Positions 44,949 to 58,098 of a stretch of 64,000 nucleotides of DNA are shown piece by piece (position 1 is the first letter of the stretch; each line of letters begins with the position of its first letter). The notes under the pieces are model-generated. The model worked only from the letters and a program-made list of their open reading frames with translations, was not told the DNA's origin and did no database searches. The stretch is taken from positions 2,542,001 through 2,606,000 of the forward strand of contig JBLDXI010000002.1 of NCBI GenBank assembly GCA_047495785.1, read 5' to 3'. The DNA comes from Lepidodermella squamata (taxonomy: Eukaryota > Animalia > Gastrotricha). Made by a program: the position numbers and the translations under genes.

Positions 44949-45474
44949 TAAAGATTTTAGCAAATATTATTGCTGCCAATTTCTGAATCTTTCCCCGCTT
45001 ATAAAAAACTGCGGAGGCTTTCGCGAGTGTTTCCCCTCGGGAGTAGCCCAGATGATAAGTCAACTTCTCAATTATTAATTTGTATCACATTTTTCTGTAA
45101 GTAATCATTGATTTTATTGAGGGAGATCAAGTGAACCATTCGCGCATACCTATGCTTTATACGCACTCAGCTACTATGTAATGTGTACTGCTACGTAAGG
45201 TGAACGCTTCACGCTAATGCCATACATTCGGGGGTTTCTCACACCGCATGCATGTATGTTGTTTCGACAAATGTACCGAGAGATGAAAATTACTCAAACG
45301 CAAATAATACTACAGAGAAGTTAGGGTTGTTTCAAAAATAAACATAGAATGGCAGCCAAGTCGTGTGTGTGACTATGCTGGATCCACGCACGGTTATAAC
45401 AAAAGAGGTTTATGCGATAATGCGTTAGTAATACTGCTCTCAATTAATAAACAGGAAAATTCTGAGGTCTAAAG

Positions 45475-48400
45475 ATGGACCTCGATAGTGTTAACACGTC
45501 GAATAACTCGCGGATTGTCCCGCGAAAGAGCAATCCGAACACATGGCTCATGGACAGGCACCCATTATACGCGAACCGAATGTTAGATCGGTATGGTCAG
45601 TTTATCGGTAAACACCCTATATGGTTCTTAGTCATCCCTGTGGTACTGCTGGCCGCCTGCTGTCCTGGTGTTTATCGGCTGAAACGATTGGACAATGGCG
45701 ATACAATGATCTGGATGACATCTCAGAACAATGCGAAGAGAATTAACGACGTGAGAGCAAAAAGATGGTTTGATGATTTGGTTAACGCCTGCACCTGCGA
45801 TGACTCGACCGGTGAATGCTCGGGAGTTGTACCGCCAGGGTGTATTGGCGTAGAAAACACACAAGACCTATTAGGCTGCAATCGTATGCAAATCATGGTA
45901 TTTGCGAGAAACAATAGGAACATTGTTGGTAAGTCAAGGGAGAATCCCAGTTTTTCATATATGAGAACTTGCTATTCTGCTTGTAGCGCAAGACGTTATG
46001 GCGGAGATCATCAAGTTCGAGGTAGACGCCACATTGAAATTCAACGCCGCATCTCCAGATTCGAAGGCGATTATGTACGAAAACCCCGAGGACCCTGCCA
46101 ATTCACTCTGTCAAATGCGTAAAGATGGCAGTTGTATTCACTTTTCAGTCCTAACCGGGGTAAGATCAGCGCTTACTAAACAGCTTGGTATCAGCGATCG
46201 GCAAGTGCAAAACGACTTAATGATCAATCCGGAGCAGCGCGAGCAATTCGATCTGCTATTAAAACAAGGCACGCCTAAGCTCTACTACCCTTATGACTCT
46301 TCCGGGTCTTTCATCGGGCAAATTTATGGCCGCGTGAAATACGCTAACGCAAGTGACGCCTGGACGAACGACGTTAAAAGCGGACTGGTTCAGTCCATTG
46401 GTGGTATGCACATGTTCTACTGCTTCAAAAAAGACAGAGCAAGCGATTCGGCACTGTATGTCCGGAAATTAAAAGCCAGCGTCAAGAAGCGGTACTCCAG
46501 AAACAAAAACTTCGAGTATGAGCTACAGCTAAAATTATGCTCTTTCATTGATGGTTTTCGTTTAGGATTGTTATCGCCTCGACCTGGGGCCCCGGCGAAG
46601 CTAATGACCAAGCAATTCTTGAAGTGGCAGTTCGTTTCGCAATATGCTTGGTTGCTGCGCTGTTTTTCGCAGCTCTGGCTAGTTACGGTCTCGGCGGCAT
46701 TCGAACAGCGAAGCCATGGTTTGCAGTCATAGGAGTTTTGATGCAGCTACTATCAATCATTGCTGTGTTTGGTCTGATGGGATGGGTCGGGATTTCGATC
46801 ATTGATTTCAGTCTAATGACTGCACTTCTAATGTTCGCGCTTGGCATAGGCGACGTTTTCGAGTTTCTGACGGAATGGTCCACAAGCGATCCAACTATCA
46901 GTGTTCCTCGGCGCCTAGGACGAGTGATGCGATCGACAGCTTACAGTATCGCATGTGTCGCCTTTATGAACATTTTGTCATTCGCATTAGGTAATTGACA
47001 CATTAATTCTCAGTTCCTACCTTCAATAATTTGTTTCGTAGACATCGCTTTTGTCGACGCTGCAGCTATCAAAGCCTTTTCTACAGTCGCCACTATTGGT
47101 TTATCGTTCCAGGTCTTCCTCAATATGACGGCTTTACCCGCATGCTTGGCTCTGTTTGGCCGACTTGAAGTCCATTATCATCACTCCTGCTGTTGCGCCA
47201 TCACCTTAACGCCAGGAAGAGTGTGGTGCTGGGAAACTAAGGACAAAGAAAAAGAAACATCGAAAATTTGGAGCGTAATTTACGAGGAAGAGAAAAGGAT
47301 TCCTGGATTTTTCTTTCATCAAGGCGGCATTGTCCTAGGAAGGTCCATCTCCGGACTGCGGAAGTTAACACGGGAGTTGCTATTCAAGAACGTGATGCAT
47401 TGGAATTTCCGGAAATTTCTCGTCCATCCCGTGACCTCCGTCGCCTTCCTCTTGTCTTATTTTGGTTACATCGCCTTAGCTGGATACTTGTGCTCAACAA
47501 TTGAAGTCGGATTAAGAGCTGAGCATCTCGCCCCATCAGTTCCTAATGGGCAGAACGAAATTGAGGCGTATATTAAAACGTTCCGCACCTTCTCTTTCAA
47601 CATCGATGTGATCATGAGAAACACAGATCGAAGCGCTGGATTGGAACTGTGGGACCCAGGTATGCGGGTTTTGATCATCAACGACGTCATGGCAGACCTT
47701 CATCGCATTAAAAACGTCGCTCCGCTGTCGATCGGGCGCAACTGGTTGCAAGACTTTGATGACTATGCGTTCGAAAGGCAACTGGACATCGATTCACCGA
47801 AGAACTTCACTGACGTATTGCTGGACAAATATTTCCGAGAGAAGAAGCTTGAAAGAGCCCAATTACTTGATGTTGGCTTCGACGACGACGTCACCGTCGT
47901 CCTAGCCTCTCGTGTTACCCTGTGGGCTGTAAATGCCGTTGATGTGACCACATCAGGTAAAATCGTCGATGCGCTGCGCGACATTGCCGTCAAATACAGG
48001 GCTTACAACCTTGATATCAGATACTACTCCAACGATTTCAATCTCGTGGAACCAATGAAGGTAACTGTGCCATCTTTCAGAGGCTAGAAGTTCATAAACA
48101 TGTTTAGGGTGTTATGATGTCAGCTGTTTGGATGATCATGGTTCATTACACTGTCATCACCGCGGTTTCCTTAGTGGTTTGGAATAGACCTGTGAGTTTG
48201 ATTGCATATCACCCTTCTCGATGATGGTTTCATTTTGCATAGATCGGGACTTTTATGATGGGTTTCGCTACGGCGAGTTTAACCATCGGAATCATTGGTC
48301 TTACACTCGGCTGGAATGTCCAGCTAGATCCTGTCTCGGTAGGGCATTTCGTTTTCTATGATTGTCCTTTCTTATACCTTTTTCTGTCATAAAAAAGACT

Positions 48401-48712
48401 TTCGGAATCCTGTCATCATTGTCCCTCGCAATCAGTTTTGCTGTCAAACTAACGAGTGCACTAGTAGACGCAGACGTGCCGATTCGAATGCGATTTCAGC
48501 GGACAGTTACGAATATAGCGCTATCAGTGATACACTGTTTTGTTACGACCTTGATAGCTGTTTGCGCGCTGGCCACGAGCCCAATTTACCTCGTGAACAC
48601 CTACTTCAAGTTTACATTTATCACGTTGATCATTTCCGTTTACCACGCAGCATTCCTCATGCCAATAATCGCCTACTATCTGCGAGTTAAAAAGGAAAAA
48701 CTGAGAGCATAG
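45475..48712 (+). CDS. Patched-related / PTCHD-like sterol-sensing-domain protein, multi-exon
   Basis: RYGQFIGKHPIWFLVIPV (TM1); SSD-like helices (ALGIGDVF..W..RRLGRVM..A.SI..SFALG); NWLQDF; GWNVQLDPVS; YHAAFLMPII. Confidence 0.82.
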
Positions 48713-49573
48713 TTGTTTTGATTTTGTAATTGAATCAATAAATGCAGTTAAAGAAGGCTAGACTTATGTGGCCTCGCAATGACGGGTGTCTTCCACGGTA
48801 CAGGGTTTCATTCAATTAGACAAGTTATTGTGGGTGATACTCAGCTGTCAAGACACATTTTGTGCGATATAGCGCTAGTTCTAATTGAGTGATACCTCGC
48901 ACGTGCTGCTGTCATGATGCACAAATTTCTACGCATAAGTTGTGTTTAGCTTGAATATTTTTATCTGCCGTCTGCTCACATTTAATTTCCGGTGCTAAAA
49001 CAAGCTGAAACGATTGATGGAACTGAAGGTGAGCTCAAGTACACATAAGCTTCGTCACTTATCACGCCCCGACAAAATTCGCGTTATACTATCGATCGAT
49101 CTTTTCCAGGTCAAAGACACAAACTCAGCATCACGAGTGTTTATAGCTTGAGAAAATTATATGCGCGAGACATATTGAACATACCTTTTTTAGATTCGGA
49201 AGTTAGCAAACAACTTTCCGCTGGCGGGAGACCGCCTGCGAAATGATACAATTTTCATGATTCCAAGCGCATAGCAATGCCATCGGACATGTTGATCCAT
49301 CCAGTCCTCAACGATGTCTGCCTTTACTAGGTTTACTACGCACGTGTCAGCTAACTGATCATAATTCAAGGCGGCAAGACTTGCTGTATAAAGCCGTGAA
49401 AACTGTTAACTAACCATATCACTTTTTCCCTGTCCTACTACAAGACAAGAAGCATCCATACCAATTATAATCGCGAACCTTTGTATAGGTTAAATTGTCC
49501 CTGTTTTAAGATTATCCAATGACATGCATCCTCATGCGCATCGACCACTCAATCGTTTTGACTGATCGGTGAT

Positions 49574-51457
49574 ATGGATTTGCAAACGACAAAGAGAGAC
49601 TGTAAGGCTTCGTCGAGCCCCCACGACTATCTTTGCATGGTTGGTTTAATTTCCAAATAAATTTACGCGGTAATTAATCACGTTGTTTTCAGGTATGCAA
49701 CCGGAAAATTGAAGCAACTGCCCAAATTTCACCGCTACCTAATGATGGTTGCCCAGACCAGCTTCCCCTTGTTTGTGGAGCTTGCAAGGTATAAACAATA
49801 TTCCCCGCGTTATGCCATTTTTCCAATGCATTTTCTCTCACAGAAATTCTATTGGCGCAACCGCAGAGCTGACGCAAAAACTCTTGGCAAGTGCACATGC
49901 GCAAACCGCTCCTCTCTCGCATCGAGGCCATCTTCTTCCAATGCCCAACCTTATTCGAGCAATTTTATCATGTGCAGGACTTGCCGATACTTTCGTTGCG
50001 AAGCAGCCATCCTACGCCAACAAAGTGACTATTCTGTCAATCAACAGCTGTCGAGTGGCGAACCTGACCTAGAGAGCCCAGACCCGTCGGGGAACAATAA
50101 GAGGAATTCACTTCAACTGGTTCCATGTCAAGTCTGCGGTGCATCCAGTTCGGGATATCATTTCGGAATTATCAGTTGCGAGGGTTGTAAAGGGTTCTAT
50201 CGTCGGTCGCTTACAAAGCATACTGAATACAAATGCTCCTTGGAGTTTGCTCCGCCTTCATCAGCGAATCCTCGGCAGCATGATAGAAAGAAATGCAAGC
50301 GGTGCCGCTTTAATGCCTGCGTAAAGGCAGGTATGTCCAACGAAGCTGTGAGAACCGGCAGGCATTCAATGCAACGGCGAATGCAGACGACCCTGTTTGT
50401 GAAAAAGCTAGCTGCTGAGAATCGATTATTGCTCAGTAGAACCTTCCGGAGGCGCCGAAGGAAGCGACTTATTGTGAAAGAGGACGAACGTGGCAGCACC
50501 ACGGACGAGTCTAAACGAAACAGTGGTTCGAGTGGCGAGTCTTACGAATGGAAGCCTGATTTATCTCAGCTTATACCGATAGCAAGACAGCCGCCTAAAG
50601 TCGTTCGGCTGAGTGAGTATCTTCAACGTAACCCTATCCCGCCCAGCTCACCTGACGTTGACGTTGACTGGTCGCATTTGAATATAGGCGACATGCCTTT
50701 CAGCGTGCAAAACGTTGCGCAATCTGCAGTTCGAGCTCTCGATCACTTGACACCACTCGTCGGCATTCACGGCAAACCTCTAAAGCGAGACATGCCCCCG
50801 CAGGAAATTTGGTCCACCTATATCGCTTCATGTTTCGAGCCACACCTTAATTGCGTTCTTGGGTGCGTTCGGTCCCTACCCGGATTCAATAATATTGCGG
50901 TTCAAGATCGGACAAAGCTCTTCAGCCACGCGTTTTTTCCGCTTTTACTGGCTTATGTTTCTTTGAGTTACGACGAAAATAGCGCGGCAGTGAACCTCTT
51001 GTCCTTTGCTAATGAAGAATCAACGGAAATCATATCTGAGCTGTTGCAAATGACCCAGGAGCTGGAACTGTGCCGCGAGCAGCTCAGAGACGCTGCTACC
51101 GGCATGAAAAATTGGAACCCAAGCAAGACAGAATTCGCCATGATGTGTGCTCTCTTGTTCTTCAACCCTGATGTGCCTGATTTGGCAGACCCTGGTAAGG
51201 TCAACGTCATGCGGCAGGTCTACGAGTTCGTGGATGCTCAAATCAACCCGGCGATAAGTGGGAAACCCTTCACAACTCGTGCTTCAAATTGCTTCACCAG
51301 TCATCGCTTCACAATAATTGTCGGCTATTTTCAGCAAACCGTTCAACTATTTGCCCATTTACTTTCAAATATCAAATCGAGAAGACCTGAATTCCTGCGA
51401 AGCCATCCGCTATTCGCGGAGATTTACAACGGAATCGCAGGGCATCTTCAAGACTGA
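49574..51457 (+). CDS. Nuclear receptor with two tandem DNA-binding domains (2DBD-NR); exons 49574-49639, 49693-49788, 49844-51457
   Basis: Spliced DBD1: CMVC..CGACKKFYWR..CTC..CRTCRYFRC. DBD2: PCQVCG..GYHFGIISCEGCKGFYRR..CKRCRFNACVKAGM. LBD signature: VRSLPGFNNIAVQDRTKL, ALLFFNPD, AF-2 PLFAEIY. Confidence 0.88.
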
Positions 51458-51875
51458 TTGTCCGCTGTCACTGATTTTGTCGCTTTTAACCAGGTCGTCC
51501 TAATTAGATTACTTCTGCGTCTATTTGCTTTTTTTACGGCGCGTGCGAACAGCCCTAATATGATTATGCCCATGTACCGAGTATGAAAAATTATTTGAAT
51601 GCGCAGGCAAATTATGACCTTCTTTATCCGTCCAATTTTATAATATTTTGTTAGAGATGAGAATTGGAGAAAACAATCATCAAAATATCGAACTCTCATG
51701 AAGAATAAAGGTCTAGTTGTTACGTTACTGCATGCTACAATAGTGAGAAACCGAACGCATCGACCCACACTGTTGGCTGAAGCAAACTTGCTCACAAAAA
51801 ATTGAAAACTGAGCAAATAAATGTTGTGTCTTAACCAAATTGTCATCTTGTTCTAAACACTTTGAGTGCGAAAAA

Positions 51876-53474
51876 ATGATCAGAACATTGCTTGTATTCA
51901 GCGCTGTTTGCTCGCACTTCCTTTCCACCACGGATGCCAAAGCTCTTCCGCCTGACGGTGTCCTGGTATGACCGCTACATTTGTGGATATTAGGGCAGTG
52001 TAATTTTTCTGATACATAGGAACGCTATGACAAACAGCTGTGGCGAGCTGCTTTTTACGGTGATACATCTGCGGTAAACTTTTGGATAAATGCAGGAGCT
52101 CGTCTTGAGAGTAAGGGTATGGCGGGTTCTACGCCTTTAATCATTGCGGCGAATAACAACCATACTGAAGCAGCTAAAGTTTTGCTGGACGCCGGGGCTA
52201 ACGCTAACGCGAAGGACTTGTGGCTTAACACAGCTCTAGCAAGATCAGTTGCCCACCTGCCCACAGCTCAACTTCTTCTGAGCAAAGGAGCAACAGTTAA
52301 CAACATCGATTGGAAAGGCGATACAATCCTGATGTTGGCTTCGTCAGCAGGTGCCACCGACGTTGTCCCTCAGTTGATGGACAAAGGTGCAGGAGTGAAC
52401 GAGAGAAACGAGAAAAATGGTTGGACTCCTCTTATGTATGCGGCTCTCTACGGTTTTCCTGAAACGGCGAAGGCTCTCATTAGCAAGGGTGCCGATCTCG
52501 AAGCTACTGATTACTTCGATGGCAAAACGGCATTGTCAATCGCAGCTGAGAATGGGCGACTTTCTACAGTTCAGGCTCTGTTAGATGCGGGGGCCAAAGT
52601 AAATCCGGTATCTGAAACAAAAGGGACAACTCCACTGATGTTAGCAGCGAAATACAGGCGAAATGACGTGGTCGCGTTGTTGCTTGAGCGTGGAGCTGAG
52701 GCGGACACTTTGGACCCCGGTGACGGAAAGACGCCCCTGATGAAAGCTGCTTCCGCTGGTTCCTTGGCCAGCGTTGCAACTTTGTTATCAGCTGGCGCTA
52801 AGGTAAACCGGAGGGAGAAAACGCGTGGCTGGAGTGCACTGGACTTTGCCTTGCGAGATGGCGATAACCCAGCGGTTGTGAAATTACTCCTTGATAACGG
52901 AGCCAACGTTTCTGGCGTAGACCTACATGGCCAAACCCCGCTGTTTCACGCCGATGGTTTTGTAAATCTGGAAGCGATAGACATGTTGCTAAATGCATCA
53001 GCTGACATCAACGCCCAGGATTCGAACGGCGCCACCCCTCTAATGGCAGCTGCATCGAATGGCGATGATAGGAAGTTGTCCCGATTGTTAGAGGCAGGAG
53101 CGAATGTCAACTCAACGACTGGAGACGGCAGCACGGCTTTGATGTTCGCGATCAAACGAGGCCGGCCTCAGGCTGTCACCATGCTTCTTGATAATGGAGC
53201 CAATGTCAACGCGAAAAGATCTGATAGTTTTACGCCCCTTTTAGTGGCAGTTGATTCTGGTAAAACTGACTTGGTCGAATTATTACTTCAACGTGGGGCT
53301 GATCCAAGGATGAAGGATGAAAATGGAATGACTGCGGCGGATATAGCTGCAATTCGAGAGTATCGCTGCATGGCTTCAGTCTTAAACCAGGCGATCAGCA
53401 AGGACTCGCTGATCAAAGGAAACGGAACAATCGTCGTCCAACGTTTGCCTTGCTTACACGACTACGACTATTAA
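51876..53474 (+). CDS. Ankyrin-repeat protein (~12-13 repeats) with N-terminal signal peptide; exons 51876-51965 and 52020-53474
   Basis: Repeated G.TPLM.AA..G....V..LL..GA.VN units. The upstream exon MIRTLLVFSAVCSHFLSTTDAKALPP joins in frame through a 54-nt intron. Confidence 0.88.
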
Positions 53475-53531
53475 AATATTATTTGCTTTATTTTGATGTA
53501 CCGAGAAATCAATGATTTTGATAAGACGGGT

Positions 53532-55235
53532 TCAAATTTTATCATCTGCTTCACCGTCGATTATTGGTACTGAAATGGTTTGAGGAATAAAAGCAAGTTT
53601 ATAAGATTGTGCCCTTTCTGATCTTGACTGTCGATACGTCGGATGTGCCGAAAAGGAAGAATTGGCTGAATGGGCCTCGTCGCATTTTGCGATCCTTAAA
53701 CATGGCGGCAACATATCACGAAACATCTTGGCAATTGATCTAGTTGAAACAAGATACATGTATTTTTGTCAGTGTCAGCGAAGGCGGCGGTATCAGGTTA
53801 CCTTCGAACAGAAGACAGTCTCGCGGCATAAATCAAAGGGTCGATCAGTGGATATGCATACATGAAACTGTTTAGAACTATTCACGTGATTTAAGTATTG
53901 AGAAGTATGGAAAGCAAAAAAGTCGCACCTGTATGAATTCTAAGCATCTGTGTGAACGTGTGGTCAGCCTCACTCCGCTTGGCAACAATCAGCATTGAAA
54001 GATCGAACAGAGAAACCGGGACCCAAGCGAAAAAGAAGGCGCCGAGAAGTAGCATTGTAGTAGTGACTAATCTACGCATACTTCTTTGCGGTAACTTCCG
54101 TTCCCTATAAACCTATGAAAAAAAAAGAGTTTCCAACTAGCAGAAAAGCAGGGGAAGCACTTACCTTGGTAAATATTTTGGTGTAGCAAACTAATAGGAA
54201 GATGAAAACGAATGCCGCTAACGACTGTGTAATAATCCGTACTTAAATTACTTGAACAGGAGGATGATATAAACTTACCATCGTGATGCTCTCAAGCCAC
54301 AGGTTGTTGAAATTAGGAGTGATAGCACAGCTTGTTTGTTCTAGCTTTGAAAGGCCGTCATTTTCCTTGTAAAGCTGCATCAGCGTCTCCTGAAGCTCAC
54401 AAGCTGTCATGTCTGAAGTGGCCGAGGTTGATCCGTTGGAATTGCCAAGAGGAATCTCTGATGAAGAAACGAATGTCGAAGAAATGATACTAATATCAGT
54501 GGCGTTTGCGGAGTCTGGCGAGGGAGTAAAAAGCCCTGGGGACGTCAGCCGGCTAACTGATTGGTTTGAAAGATATTCTGAAAGTAGTGTCCACGCCTCA
54601 TCCGGGAACTCGATGATTCCAGGATCACTGGTTTCCGTGCATTTTCGTCTGAAGTCAAATGTATCAATGGGACTCGGCGGCTTATTGGGTTCGAACAAAG
54701 AAATTATCTTTGCGATTAAATAGTCTGAGAAGCCGAACAAGAATGAGAAAACCCAAATGAAAACCAGAATCATGTAAATGTTTCTCTGCCTCATAAGCTG
54801 ACAGTATTGAAATGGATGAAGCTAAACAAATTAATTTTAGAAATTTTGGAAGCAGATACAAATGGTAAAACATACGATCCCTATGAAATGGTCAATGCTC
54901 ATGCCGCAAAGTGTGAGCATGTTTATGCTGAAGCTGACAATTTGAAGGCATCGAAAGAGCTGAACCAAGCAGTGTTTGATCATTTCGTTACCTCCAGATC
55001 GCCCGCCTGGAAAACCTCCGACTTGCATTGAATAACTGCCGATATTCACTAGTGACGCGTAAAGATCCGAAAGAACAAGGCTGATGAGGAAACATTTGTA
55101 CCCCTTGAGACTGAGCCTGGCTTTTACAACCCCAGCAAGAACCACAGCGTTGAGAACTGCAGCTACTGCCGAAACGGCGAAGTCGAAAATGATGAAGCGC
55201 CCTTTGATGCCGTCGTCTTGTTCGAGCTCCATCAT
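53532..55235 (-). CDS. Class A (rhodopsin-like) GPCR, paralog 1, multi-exon
   Basis: TM1 LNAVVL, TM2 SLVLSDL, TM3 C..LCGMSIDHF, TM4 W, TM5 CYTKIF, TM6 FFFAWVP, TM7 YPLIDPLIYAAR. Confidence 0.88.
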
Positions 55236-56026
55236 TTTAAAATTTAACAGATCCACGATTCATGTGCCCCATTAGTTTTACTTTAAAAAAGAACGAGATA
55301 AAATTAGTCAGGAATATTTTGCGAAAGTATGACTATTAAGACTGTCGCAGCCGTGCACTTCAATAGTTATCTTGCTCCAGATCAATGTTTTTATTAGCGA
55401 TGGGAGGAATTTAATATAGCGGCATAAGCATCAGCAATACGTGGTACTACGCAAGTTGGTGAGGGTGTACGGAAGGCTGCCTTGCCATTTAGCTGACGAT
55501 GGATCAATAGTATATGCAGCGCGCGATGAAGAATTATTAACGCCGAATAGCCTGTAAATCACAATAAGCTAACAGCTAATTTAACGGGGTTGTGAGATAA
55601 AAAAACTCGTCAAAACAAATCAGTAGAAGCAGCCCTGGTTTAGTGCGATACTCCAGCTACTACTCGTTTGTCCCGCTAGAAAAACCATGCTATAAACAAG
55701 GCGAATTCATTATTGCAAATAATATAATATTCATACCGTCTCCATCACCGAAGTTTAATAGCTATTGTTCGGGATTGCGTTTTTTCACAACGTCGTCGCG
55801 GGATATTGCTACCTTATTTCTAGCAAAGCCACGTGAGTAGGTTAGAGAAAGCTGTGTCACATGGCTCAATGGCCTAGTAGCAGACTCGCGCCAGAACGCA
55901 GTATTCCGTGACTTCAATGTATACTCAATATACCTATACTTCAATATATACTCCGTCAAATATCTTTTTTATTGACAGACAGTTCTGTCGCAAAGTAAAA
56001 ATCGTCGACTATATAATAATCAATAG

Positions 56027-58098
56027 CTAGGTAAACGGATTCCCGGAATCACAATTACTATCACTGCTTGTCTTCCGCATCTCTATAACGTCGGGCTCAG
56101 TTTGATACAAATTGTCACTTTCCTCGTCGTTATCGTTCCTACACTCTGCTCCGTCGGTATTTAGAGCTTGAAAAGCAGGCTCGATCGCCTGCAAGTTCGG
56201 AACAGTACTGAGAATTATAGTACTATTCGCTCGCCGGACGGAAACGGCAGTTCGCCGTTCTGAGCCATACATCGTAGTCCAAGTCACCGCAGACTTGCAA
56301 TGCCGGGTATCTTCGTCGATGCAGCACCACTTTTCGTAATACAGCGCTCTTTTGATGATGTTGTACACGCCTCGTCTAATCGTTGACACTCGGGCCGCGT
56401 AAATAATCGGATCTGAGTGCGAAAAACGAGCACATTCTTGAAACGTTATAATACATAAACTATACTTACCGATCAATGGATAGCTCATAAGCATTGAGTT
56501 GAATACTAGATTCAGGAAGTTCTAAATCTGTTAATAATAGATAATCAGGTCACAAACCATTATGGATAATGAGCAGACTCGTTGAGTTGTCCGCGTTCCA
56601 TAGATTGAAGCCCTCGCGAACCGCAATGAGCATCATTAATTCGTAGCACATAAACCTTTCCGACGTAGCAGGTGAAAGAGGTCATTTATTGACAAGTTAT
56701 TAAAGATAAATACTTACGGCATCCAACATACAGTGAAGGCCCCGAGTAATAGAAAAGTTGTAATAACAAGTTTGCGAGCATTTCTTTCCGGCGAATCCCG
56801 AACGCAGAAAACCTATATAAATCAGTCCTTTATCAAATAGATTTATGACAAATAATCCCTAATACCTCAGTAAAAATCCGGCCATAGCAGAAAATGAGGA
56901 AGAGAAAGCAAATGCCTGCTAGGGACTATGAAAAGGCAAAATTCAGTCAAGAGTAAAAGCATGATGAAAAAGTGAACAAACCATGACAGAAATCTCCAGC
57001 CAAATATTGCTGTCATAGGAAATCAGGAAGCAGGATGTTTCTGTGTTCTGACTCTCCTTCGCCATTCTGTAAGCTTCCGCCAACTTTTTCTCCATCATGC
57101 AGGCTTTCCTTCGCTCTTCCTCCAGGTCGACCACGACGTCCATAGGGGAAACAGTAGGGGGCGGTGAAACTGTAGTCATAGTTGTTGTTTGAGTCGTTAA
57201 TGACGTAAGCGTGTCTCTAGTCCTTCTCCTCCTCCGTCGAGCTGTCCGGGATAGCTCTGTTGTAGTGATGAACTCCTTCAGGTCATCTTCAGACGTACTA
57301 TCATGCGCTGCGTTGTTCTGCTCGAACATCAACTGTAGGAGTAAATTGCTGCTTGTGTCATTATCGTCACCGCTGCCAACAGTCTCGTGTTGCTTCACCA
57401 AGTCGAGAAGAGCGAAAAATAGTTTATTCTTTAAACCTGGCTGACCGGCGGCACAATTGTTATCTTCACCAGGGTTGACTGACAAAATGTCATCGTCGAC
57501 ATTGCTGAAAGAACTAACTCCACCTTTGCTGTTGGTTATCTGCGCTTGAATCAGCGAGACTGGAACGTCGATAAATCCCAGTACAAAAGAAAAGCACCAG
57601 ATGCAGATAATGGAAATCCTAACTAATCTCTTGGTCATGATCTATCAAGAAAGAATTATTAAAAATGAATTAATCAAACTAACTGGACTAACCCTGTGAT
57701 AAGACAACGGCCGGACCTGGTTTTCAAAGTAAAACGATTAAATTGTCAATGCACCTCAATATTAGACTTACGATTCCCATAAAGTGATCAACGCTCATTC
57801 CACAGAGGTTCAGCATGTTAGCTGTGAAGCTGACCACCTGGAGACTGCGAAAAAGTTGTAGCCAGCAGTGTTTGTCATTTTCGTCAACGATACGCTCCAT
57901 TGCATAGTGACCAATATTGACTAGGCAAGCGTAGACATCGGACGTAGCAAGTGAAACCAGGTAGTATTTGTAACCGGTTAGGCTGAGTCTCGCATTCAAT
58001 ACCCCGGCAAGAACTGCAATGTTGAGCAAAATCGCGAGGATCGACACGGCGAAATCGAACAGCGCGAAGCTGCCTTTCACCCCGCTCTGGTCTATCAT
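56027..58098 (-). CDS. Class A GPCR, paralog 2, multi-exon
   Basis: LNIAVL, SLATSDV, NLCGMSVDHF, CYGRIF, FTVCWMP, YPLI|DPIIYAAR. Confidence 0.88.

Noticed and set aside
49709-49843. N-terminus of the 582-aa ORF (MKQLPKFHRY...)
   Set aside because: It has a TTG start and reads through a GT..AG intron. The spliced model yields a recognisable DBD instead.
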